Assembly: GCF_006345805.1 (NCBI RefSeq) | Contig: NC_043013.1 | Span: 23,870,001 to 23,934,000 of the forward strand | Source: Octopus sinensis | Taxonomy: Eukaryota | Direction: 5' to 3' | DNA: 64,000 bases | Shown here: positions 51,149 through 62,029 of the stretch, piece after piece | Layout: each line of letters opens with the position of its first letter | Numbering within the stretch: the stretch's first letter is position 1 | Notes under the pieces: generated by a model | What the model was told of the DNA's origin: nothing | Seen by the model: only the letters and a program-made list of their open reading frames with translations | Databases searched by the model: none | Program-made: the position numbers and the translations under genes

Positions 51149-52815
51149 TGGGGTGACACAAAAATATAGCAATCATGGATAAAAAAGTAAAAGTGATGAT
51201 CAAGAAAATCCCAAAGTGGAAAGTCCTGAGCCAGATGGTGCCCCAGGTTTCTGGCTCAAAATTCTCCTGAGTATATACAATTACATGCAACTGTTTTTGC
51301 ACTGACTGGATAGAAAATGGAACACCAACATGGATGTCAATAAGAAGGACAAAGCATTAAGAGGGGAAGTCAGCAATTATAGACCTATTATATGTTTATA
51401 ATTACTCTGGAAATTAACTGGCCTCATAACAGATGATCTATACAGTTTTCTAAAAAAGGAGAATCTATTGACAGGGGAGCAGAAAAGATGTAGAAAGAAA
51501 TTAAGGGAACTGCTGATCTGCTATGTATAGATAATAGAATATTAACTGAGGCACAAGTAAGGAAAAAGAATTTAGCTGTTGAATGGGTAAATTACAGGAA
51601 GGCTTAAGACTATGTTCCACACAGCTGGCTCTTAGAATGCCTAAGAACACTCAGAGTCAATGAGGAGATAACAACTTTTTGGTAAAAGCAATGAATGTGT
51701 GAGAAGTAGAACTGACATGTACAAATGAATCACCAGAAAATGAATAAATATGCAAGGACCTTTACCAGGGAGACTAATGCTCTGCATTACTCTTCATTAT
51801 TGTGTTAATCCCTCAGACAACTATACTGAGAAAATCCAGGCCTACCTGCGAGTTTACCAAAGCCAACATGGAAATAAATCACCTACTTCTTATGCATGAC
51901 CTCAGGCTGTATATGAAAAATGAGTATTCTTTGATCCAAACAGTAAGAGTATTCAGTAATTATATTGGAATGCAGTTTAGTTAAATAAGTGCAAAGTGAT
52001 AATTATGAAGAGAAACTGGAAAGTAAATTTTGATGGCATAAAATTACCACAATGCAACATCATTAGATTGCTGTGGAATAGTGAAGGAGACAAATACCTT
52101 GGAGTACTGCAAGAGGATAGGATAATGGAAGGAGAACAGATAGAGAAAGTGAATAAAGAGTATAAGAGAAGAATTAGGAAGGTGCTCAAAACAAAATTGA
52201 ATGGCGGGAACATCATTAAAGCCATAAGTACATGGGCTATACTTTGCTCCATTTTTGAAATGGACAAAAGTCAAGCTACAGAACTTGAATAGAAGAACTA
52301 AAAACTGTTCACAATGTACAACGCATACCAGACTAAAAGTAATACTGACAGGTTTTACCCATCAAGACAGGAAGGTGGCAGCAGATTATTAAATGTAGAA
52401 AACACCATTGGCATTGTGATATTGGCTTTGGTAAATTATGTTATGCAGAGTAATGAAAAAGTACTGTCAGCAGCCAGAGATACCTCAAAAATGCCTGAAA
52501 CAGTAGAATTCAGAGAGAGAAGGAAGAACAACAAAACAAGCAAATGGAAAGAATTGAAATTACATGGGTAGTTAATGCAATAAAATTGTTGGAAGTAAAG
52601 AACACTGACTCTGCCTAACAGACGGGAACTTGAAATGAGAAACTGAAATGCTTAATTGTAGCCATTTAGAAACAGGCTATAAGAACAACTCTGATAAAAG
52701 CAAAGATTGACAAAACTCAGTCAAACGCTCATGTAGAATCTGCAGGAAAAGTGACAAAAGTATCAATCAACTCTTGAATGAGTGCAGTATTCTAGCACAA
52801 AGGGAGTATAATGCA
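51149..52815 (+). mobile_element. Degenerate R4/Dong-like (restriction-like endonuclease group) non-LTR retrotransposon fragment
   Basis: KKIPKWK.P.PDGAPGFWLK, NYRPII, KKNLAVEWVNYRKA*DYVPHSWL, INHLLLMHDLRLY, KYLGVLQ, LNGGNIIKAISTWA, RQEGG, LHG and a zinc-knuckle remnant CRICRKSDKSINQLLNEC. Confidence 0.82.
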
Positions 52816-52981
52816 GTTTTTTTCCCCAATTGATCTTCTTTTCTTCAAGGAATATTTGGTAAAAACATTACTTTTAACTATTATACCATGATCATTTCAG
52901 TTTAAAGCATAGTTTGAAAATACATATACACACTTACATGTATGTATATATACATGCACATGCACATCTATGTATAAGTTT

Positions 52982-53497
52982 ATTTCGATGATTGGCATCC
53001 ATGCTAGTGGGGTGCAAAGAGCACCATACGAGTGTGATCGTTTGACAGAGCGGCTAACCAGCTTCTGTGCCAGTGGTACATAAAAGGGCACCATTTGAGT
53101 GTGATCATTACCAATGTTGCCTTATTGGCACTTGTGCCCATGCTAGTAGGGTGCCAAGAGCACCATCTGAGCGTGATCATTGCCAGAGCAGCCAACTGGC
53201 TTCCGTGCCGGTGGCACTATTCAAGCGTGATCGTTACCAACGTCGCCTTACTGGCACCTGTAAAAAGATTTGAGCGAGGTCGTTGCCAGTACCGCCTGAC
53301 TGGCCACTGTGCTGGTGGCATGTAAAAAGCACCCACTACACTCTCGAAATGGTTGGCGTTAGGAAGGGCATCCAACTGTAGAAACTCTGCCAGATCAAGA
53401 CTGGAGCCTGGTGCAGCCATCTGGTTCGCCAGCCCTCAGTCAAAATCGTCCAACCCATGCTAGCATGGAAAGCAGACATTAAACAATGATGATGATG
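52982..53497 (+). mobile_element. RTE 3' UTR with tandem subrepeats and (GAT)n tail
   Basis: Aligns with 63790-64000; repeated gcacc...gagYgtgatc.tt units followed by the tail motif. Confidence 0.9.
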
Positions 53498-54403
53498 TAG
53501 AGGTTGCATAAATTTATTTAATTGCATTTTTATAAATTTCATTAAGATTGTGCCTGAGCTGTCAGTTGGTCTTAGCATTGATTTTAATTGATTTTATGAA
53601 AACATTATTTTCTCTAATTTTCTACTTAGTTTCATGATTGAAATAGTGTTTCAGAAATGAATCTTTTCTTCTATGGAAAGTTATAGACAAAAGGTAAACC
53701 TAGTAGCAGGTAATTTTTGTTGTGTGGGAGTGAGTGAAAAGAGGAAATTGTAACTTACATGTACACAGACTACAGGAAATTGAAAACTTACACACACACA
53801 CACACGTATGTGTGTATAAGAGAGAGAGACTGTGTATATACAGATAACAGGAAATTGTGAACTATTACCAAAATATTTGTATAAATAATTGTTGAAAGAA
53901 ATTCACTTTAAAAAATGTAAGAAAATAATCATCCTTGAAATATGTTGTGTACAGCCTGTTTGAGCGTACATGACTTATCTGACCAGCCCTAAATTAGCCA
54001 ATGTTGGCTTAGATTAACTGGCAGCTTAAATCTTTGATTTCATAAGTTGGCTTTGTTTAACCTTTCAGTTACGTTTTTCAACTATTCACAATACAACTCT
54101 TCTAGTTGCAATTGGACAAAGAATTTGTGATGTCTACTGAGTATTTTAGAGAAAACTGTAGATGATCATTATCATAGCCAGCTATTCAATTAGTTTGCTT
54201 ACATTCAAGTAATGACTTCATTCTTGTTTAATTCTAATTGCTAGCTAACTAAAAGGTTAATTAAACTGTTGGTTTCTTAGTGAAGGATTAGAAAAAATGT
54301 TATTTATTTATTTTTTTTATAGTAAGTTAAATCATTGGCTGATATATTTTTAATTACCTGTATTGTTCCAAACGTTAAATCCTATTTATTTTATGTGCAA
54401 CTA

Positions 54404-55708
54404 TTGGGGTGGGGGGTCATCCCATAAATAATACATTTTTTTTTATATATATATTTCTTTTATTTTTTCAAAATTAAGATAAACAAAGTTCTTTTTTAAT
54501 CTAAAATATACTCTCCTTCATTTTCTACAATGCTCTCCCATCTATCTGGGAGACTTGCAAGGCCCTCTTCCAAAATTCACTTGTCCGTGATGAAAAATAC
54601 TCCTTCAGTACTGTTCTGACCTTGTCCACAATATTCATATTTTTTCCGTCCAAATGATTTTGAAGACTGTAGAATAGATGATAATTAGATGGGAGCAATG
54701 TCCATTGAATATGGTGGATGAGGCATTGTTTCCCATTCAAACTGCTCCTGCCTTTGGAATATCATCCTCGCTGTATATGGCCAAGCTTTATTGTGATGGA
54801 AGAACACCTTTCATCTTGAAAGCAAAGACAGTTGTTTTTCTTCTAATGTTGACTTCAGCCACTCAAGCTGCTCACAGTAGATCTCCTTTGTTATCATTTG
54901 GTTTGGGTTTAACAGTTCAAAGCGGACTAAACCTTTCATATCCCACCAAACAGATAACAGCACTATATGTGGATAAAGACCTTCTTTAGCCTGTGGTGCT
55001 GGTATTTCTCCTTTCCCTACCCAATGTCTTCGGCACTTGACATTTTTATAGAGAACCCATTTCTCATCACCAGTCACTACTTGGTGCGAAAGAAAAAAAA
55101 GGATCATTCGTGAGGCATGACAGCAAAGAAGAGCACACATTCACTCTCTGTGCATGACTAGACTCAGAAAGTTTATGAGGAACTCATTGACCCAATTTTC
55201 TGACTTTTCCATAGGCACGCAGGTGTTGATAAATGGCTGAATGACCAAATCCAAGCTTCTCTGCTAGTTCCTCAACAGCTGTGATTGGATTTTGTTTCAC
55301 CAGGGTTTGCAGGATGTCCTCGTCAAGTTCTACAGATCTTTCAGGACAAGGCTCATCCTCTCGGTTGTAGTTTCTGGCTTGGAATTTCTAGAACCACCTT
55401 TGACACTAGCTTATGCTTATTTTCCGATCCCTATATACTGCATTAATATTCCTCATACTTTCCATTGTGTTGTAGCCTTTATTGAACTCATAAAGCAAAA
55501 TGTTCTGAATATGCTCCTTTGTCACTTCCATTATAGCTTTGAAAAGTAACTGTTAAAATTGAACTGCACTCTTCAAAACTTGCACTAAGAATAAGCACAA
55601 GATAAAATTACTACCTGTTTTTATAGCAAGTTGATGCAAGTAGTTTATCCCATCCCTCTCTGACTTATAGTTGATGCAATTGAAAAACCGTGTTATGGGA
55701 CGACCCAA
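54404..55708 (-). mobile_element. mariner (DD34D-type) transposon with pseudogenised transposase
   Basis: TA flanks; TIR core gggtcRtcccataa at both ends. Minus-strand VTGDEKWVLYKN, LLSVWWDMKG, YCEQL and PPYSMDIAP/SNYHLF. Confidence 0.9.
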
Positions 55709-55741
55709 TATTTTAACTGGCATTCCATCAAGTACAATGAT

Positions 55742-56030
55742 GAATGTTGCTGTTGACCCAAACGATGGAAATATTGTGCAAGTGGTTGAGCACTCCACAA
55801 ACATCTTTAGCAAATACCCTTAACATAGTTCTCAAGGAGATTCAACATAACAGAATACGACAAGGCTGGCCCTTTGACTTATCAGGTACAACTAATTTTT
55901 GCTGGCAGAGTGGAGCAATAAAGTGAAATAAAGTGTCTTGCTGAAGGACACAGTGCACTGCCTGGATTCGAACTCACAACTTTACAGTCATGAGCTAAAT
56001 ACACTTAACCAGTAAGGCATGCGTCTTCCC
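55742..56030 (-). mobile_element. tRNA-derived SINE, second family
   Basis: Minus-strand head with B box GAGTTCGAATCC, followed by gtgtccttcagcaagacacttt. Confidence 0.7.
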
Positions 56031-58088
56031 TGTGCATCTGTTATGTTACTGTTTAAGAAATAGTAAACACTTCAAAATGACTTAATCTAGAGCCATCTCG
56101 GAAACTGGCATTACATGATGTACCGAAACAAGTAGGTGGGAATTTGTGTCTCAATGCAAATAAAACTGCAATTTCAGGTAGAGTTAATGTACTGGAATAG
56201 TTAATAATAAAAGCACTCATATGCAATCCATGAACTGCTCAGGTAGCTTTTGAAAAGTAGTCAATAGTTTATGTTAATCTGGGTGACCTAATTAATACTG
56301 AAGTTGATCGGAGAGAAGGTATATAATAGCTAAAGTAAGAAGTGTAGTAAATTGTAGCCACGGTCGGCAATAAAATTTTTCTCTTTCTTTCTCTCTGTGC
56401 AAAAAGTAGATTTTAGAAATGTGTAGCAAGTGTAGTGCAAATATTGAATGCAGAAGAAGATCCGTAGAAAGTGGTGAGAAAATGGGTTGAGTGTGATTTG
56501 TTGTTATGTGGAATGTTAACTTAGACTGAAAAAGTAGCTTAGATCAAAGGCTTTTTTAGGGCTATATATGTGCAAGAGAGGCAGCTCTGATGCAAAGACA
56601 TGATACTGGTTAAGGGAAGGAATGTTATTTGCTGACAAAAGAAAAAACACCCACAACAGAAGATATTTTTGTTTAGCTCCAAATCAGACCTACACCAAAA
56701 GCATTCCTTCTGTGACCATCTCGTCCTTTTTTTTTTTTTAAAGGCATTATGTACTCTTGTCTACATTATAAAATGTAATCAAGAGATTACAAAGAGTGTT
56801 ATTTGAGTAAAATTTAGCTGTTATCCTTTGAGCATTGAGGCTGTCTCATTGGTGTGTAAACAAAGCAAGGTATGATGAAGTCTGGTGTCAGGGTGTTGGA
56901 ATTACAGATAGAATGACAGGTGATTTAAAGGACCATATTGCAGACCCATCCAACCCATGCCAATATGAAATAGCAGTCTGTAAAATAATGATGATGATTA
57001 ATTTATTATAAACCAGTGTAGACCTTATTTATTTTGCTTGTTCTTTAATCATCAATCTTTACTTAGCTTGACTAAGATTCTGACCGTTCACTAAGAAGAA
57101 AAATTTAGATTTTGTCATGAGGAGGACAAAAAGTCTGGCATTTTGGACCATTCATTAAAGAAGTAAGAAATTACTTTTGTAATTAGTTGCTCCTCTGATG
57201 AAAGCCTGTCTCTCAAACATCAGACTACAGCAAATTAATTTATTCCACTCTGTGAACTGTTTGTATTATTTATGGGCATTCAGCTGATATACCAATATTA
57301 TTTATTGTATTATGTCATTCAATGGAGATACTGATATGCTGTCTAATACACTTTTGAGGCATAACTCCTTAGGTATTTTATAACCAAATGGTTTAGTTTC
57401 AGAATTTCTTGAGTCAGATATGTGTTGAAACTATAATGATTTCCAGAGAACAGCTGATGAAGGAATGAAACCCATGTGCTTCTGGTTGTGCATATTTCCT
57501 TATAAATTTCCTTCTTGTTCCTTTCTACCATCTCTTTCAGTGTGCGTATGTATTGTTGTTAACATTGCATTGTGTAAAAGAGCAAAGTAGTTTATCCTAT
57601 CTTGAACAGTCACTCCTATAAGCTGCTGACCCCCCCCCCAACCACCATCACCGCATTTTTTTAAAGTTTACATACCCACTCAGCTTATTCTAATGTACAA
57701 AAAAGACAATGATATAGAAAATATAGAGAGAAACTTTTCTCCATTATTTAGTTCTTTCAATTATGCCTTTTGTGTCAATGTTTCTAATTAATAATTATCT
57801 ATCTTATCTTTTCTCAAAGTGTTTGCTTAGTTTGTGGACAGATCTAGCACAACAAAGCAAATGGATTATATTACACTTGTTTCATGATCTCATTCCACCT
57901 CCTGCCACCCACCTGGTTATCCACTACCTATTCTAGCCACTCCAACAATAATTTATCAAGGCACCATACAATTATAGCAAACATATTAACATGCTCTCAT
58001 TAGGAAATAATGATTCCTTAATGAGATGCTCTTTTTGTCTGAAATTATGTAATTGACATGAAAACTCATCAGAACTATTTGTGTAGAG

Positions 58089-59934
58089 TAGGCATTGGCA
58101 GCCTAAACCAGGTCACAGACCACATCTAGGCCACCTCGCAGGCCACATCCCCCTCCCAACCTGAAAAAATAACAAACACACAAAATCAATGATAATAAAT
58201 GTAAATTGAACCTTTCTTAAGAGTTGCAGTAATCACAATGTGAAACAATTAATGTGAAGGCTGGTGATTCTTTGAAACAGATAGAGAGCCAGTGTCCGGC
58301 TTGATGGACGAGGAGGCCAGAAGGAGAATGTCTGGAAGATGAGCGTCTGTAAGCTGTGCTCTCGTCTTGTTCTTCATCAGCTTCATGTGACTGAACAGCT
58401 GCTTGCAAGAGTGTGTGGACCTGAACAATGAAGCTAAGCATAGACGCTGAGAGCAAGCGCCAGAACTCCATGTGTGACTCAAGCACAAACTTTGTGCAGT
58501 GGCTCTCTGAGCACTAGAGCCCAATGTGCTCCAGCTGAAGGTCATCAGCCACTTCCACAGAATCCACATCAAAGGGAGCGAAGAATAGCTTGAGCTCTTT
58601 CTCACTGGCGTGCACATCTTTGAAGCGCCTCTCGAATTCACCTCACAGCTCACGCAGGGCAGCAGCGTAGTAATGGCAAGCAGTGGGGGTTGGGCACAGC
58701 TCAACCAAGCGGGCGAAGTGAGTAAATTTCCTCTGGTTGAACCGATGCTTCCACAGGCGAAGTTTGCATTCAAATGCCTTCACGTGGGCGAGGAGGGCAG
58801 GTACCAAGACATCTTTACCCTGCAGCTGGATGTTCAGCTCATTTAGATGTCCAGTAATGTCCACCAGTAACCCCAGGTCACACACCCATGTGGGATCCTC
58901 AAACTGAGGGACAGGATTGCCCTTCTCTCGCAGGAAAGACACCAGCTAATCCCTCAGATTGAAGATTCTTTCCAACATCTTTCCTTGGCTGAATCAATGG
59001 ACCTCGCAGAAGTAGATCAGGTTGCCAAACTCTGCCTCAGCATCATCCAAAAGAGCATAGAACTGTCTGTGGTTGAGAGCACGGGTGCAAACGAAGTTCA
59101 CAGCCCTGACCACGACAGTCATGACCTCCGTAATGGTCAGACTTGGTGCACAGAGCCTCCTGGTGCACCAGACAGTGAAAGTGTTTCACATCCTGCTGGT
59201 GTCCAAAGCTGCGCAGGTACTTCACAAGAAGCACCGCAAAGCCCTTCTTGTCCCCGACCATGGTGGGCACACTGTCAATCATGATGCCACATATTCGAGA
59301 GAGGTACCACTTCATGAAGGCACATTGCTTCCCCAGCTGGGCACTCAGATGCCCGAACTCTACCTTCTTCTTGTCAAGCAATGCAGCTTGCTTGGGGTGC
59401 ACCAAAGTGAAGTAATGCTTCACATTGCATACCTTCATAATGGTGTCTTGTGGCGGATGACACACAAAGCCTTTCCCTTGGGCTTGACAAAGAAGAACGC
59501 TTCCCATTCCTTCTTGAAGGAGTGGTTCTTGTCCAACAGCTTCCTCTTCTTTGCAGGTTGGGTACCTTCAGCCATCTGAAATAACACAGAAAAAATATTT
59601 ATAACCAAGTCAATTGGAGTAGAAGCAAAAAATAACTTATTGTACAGTGATGCTATACTACAGTATCAGACAAAAGGATGATTTCCTCTTTCTCTCTAAC
59701 TCTATCAGAATTCTTCTCCAAAGTTATGTTTATTCAGTGTCAGTATCATGAAAGTAGGACCCTATTCTGGTTGGGGAGAAGATGGCCGCTGATTGGCTCT
59801 GTTAAATTGGCTGTTGGTTCAAAAAACCCCACTGGGTTGTGAGATATGTCTTGCAGGTTACACATAATGGAAATCCAGACAAGGCACTGTGGGCTGCACA
59901 GGAGGAGCAGCAGGCTGCAGGTTGCCAATACCTG
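58089..59934 (-). mobile_element. hAT Buster-group (SPIN/Charlie/GTF2IRD2-like) transposon
   Basis: Perfect 8-bp TSD GTGTAGAG (58081-58088 and 59935-59942) with central TA; TIRs TAGGCATTGGCAGCCT / AGGTTGCCAATACCTG (13/16). Confidence 0.93.
58249..59575 (-). pseudogene. Frameshifted, internally deleted hAT transposase
   Basis: MAEGTQPAKKRK...FKKEWEAFFFV...KALCVI, IDSVPTMVG, FHCLVHQEALC, DLGLLVDITGHLNELNIQLQGK, LFRSTHSCKQLFSHMK, ending HQPSH*. Confidence 0.9.
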
Positions 59935-61075
59935 GTGTAGAGTCTTCCTCCACCCACTCACCATTTTCTTTCCCAAAAGAAATCAAACATGAGGTAGTGT
60001 ATGTGTGTGTGTGCACCTGCAATCACGCACACACACAAATATAACCATCTAGGTTGGTAGCTTGCTGTAAATGTTGGCTTTAGAACTCATATATCTTCAC
60101 TTTGTCTGCTTTAAAGAAAAGACCAAGAATCAAATGTCTTGCCAAACCATGCTCCTTCACCTTAATCAAATTCCTTGCTTGTGGTATTTCTGTTTTCTAA
60201 GACAAGAATGTTAGAAGTAGGCAGGAACTTCTTGTTTTTGAATTGTATATTGTCAGTAAAGATCTTTTGACCATATTCCTTACCAGTTGTTGTGACACAG
60301 AAATGAAGCAGTTATATTCGTGGTTGGTTAAGCCTTTTATATGAACTCTATAATACACATTGTATAAGAGGTCCTAAACCCTGAGAAAAGTTGGAAAATG
60401 AAACTAAACACGTTTTATGTTCCATTTTATGCACAAAAGTAGAAGAAAGAAATGCAGTCTTTCATCAGCTTTCTTGAGAATTACTTTATAATTTTCTTAT
60501 CTGAGAACAATCAATGCCAAACTTAAATTTATCAGCTACATTGTATTTTCCACCTGCATTGGTGAATTTTAACCAAATATATTTTTGTGCCCATCTCCCA
60601 CATCCTTCTATTGTATGATTATTTTAACTCACTTTTAAAATATTTTGTTATTGCTTTATCTTAATAATACTAAAACTCTGGAGATGTTTGTATGTAACCA
60701 AAATATCTCAGAAATAATATATTTTATTAAAATTTTTTTTGCATATTTATTTTCATACTTACACAATTTTTGTTTGTTATTTCTTGACAAAAAATACAAA
60801 ACATGGATTACATGATGTTAACACACATACAAAATACACACACACATATAATGAAAGTCATGACATGTCAATCAACACAAACACACGTCCGCTATCTGTG
60901 ACATATACACATACTCTCTAAGGAAGAAAAAAGTTGACTTTTTTGATGTACACAATATTTTAATCATTTTGAAATATTTTTAACTGAATGTGATTTCAAA
61001 AATGTAAGTTGTTTGTACAGTAAGTATTTATATATTAGCTTTCTTTAAACAGTTCAATAATTTCCTTAAAAAAAA

Positions 61076-61408
61076 TTTATTTATTTACTTTCATTTTAAA
61101 GTGAAAGTGAGGAGAAGGTCAAAGGTGTGTATGTATGTGTATATGAAATGGACGTGTGTGTGAAAGAAAGAGAAAAAGAGAAAGAAAGAGTGAGTGAGTG
61201 AAGGGGTGTGTTGACATGTATACATACATCAATAGATATGCATACATCTTTTTTGCATGTACATGTGCATATGTGAGAGAGAGAGAGTGTGAACGTGTGT
61301 TCTCATGTATATGTAAGTGGCTCTCTCTCTCTCTCACACACACACACATCCATTTCATATATACACACTCATACATCTTTCACTTTAAAATAAAAGTAAA
61401 TAAATAAA
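61076..61408. repeat. Fold-back element with terminal inverted repeats of about 32 bp and mirrored microsatellite arms
   Basis: tttatttatttactttcattttaaagtgaaag versus ctttcactttaaaataaaagtaaataaataaa (1 mismatch); inner tatatgaaatggacgtgtgtgtga versus tcacacacacacacatccatttcatata. Confidence 0.85.
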
Positions 61409-62029
61409 AAAAATTTACGGAAATTAAGGAACAAAACCAGCTGATCTGGATGATAGTTCTGAGAGTTGAAGTGAAAGATTACCCCAAGCGAATACCATTA
61501 CAAAATATTTTGTTTTGAGTGCATTCATCTCATCTCTAAAGATTTGGCTGCTATTTCTAGCACACCCTGCTATCATGTACAGCTATTTACGATAAAGGGC
61601 CCGAAATACCTGTTATATGGTAGCAGGACATGCAAGAAATAGGAGCCAAATCTTTTCCTTTTCTAGGGGAAGGAGCTGTTTATCCCTGATTTCGCTGTCA
61701 CATTAGTTGAAAGCATGTGAAATAACCCAGAAAAGTAAAAAAACACCCACAAAACAAAACTCTGTTGCTGGGAAACTCAGACTTTCCAGGTGACCCAACC
61801 GATCACAGGTAGACTAGTAATTTCTATTAATGTTGATTGAGAAGACCTCAACAATCAGATAATTAGCCTTAATCATATATCTTAATAGTTCTAGATGTAT
61901 TATTCTTCTTAAATATGTTTGGGTATGATTTTGAAAAGATCCAGTTGCTATTTCTAGCAAATCAAGTTACCACATAGTATTCTATTGTTGATTCATATTT
62001 CTGTGTGTTTATTAATAGTGTTGAACACA

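Noticed and set aside
50814-51302. Poly-K/R, poly-F, poly-L and poly-S ORFs
   Set aside because: They are frames of the (GAA)n tract.
58249-59575. Domesticated GTF2IRD2/ZBED-like host gene
   Set aside because: Frameshifts, an internal deletion, and intact TIRs and TSD show it is a decayed transposon copy.
58610-59579. Plus-strand ORFs of 78-168 aa
   Set aside because: They are antisense shadows of the GC-rich minus-strand hAT transposase.
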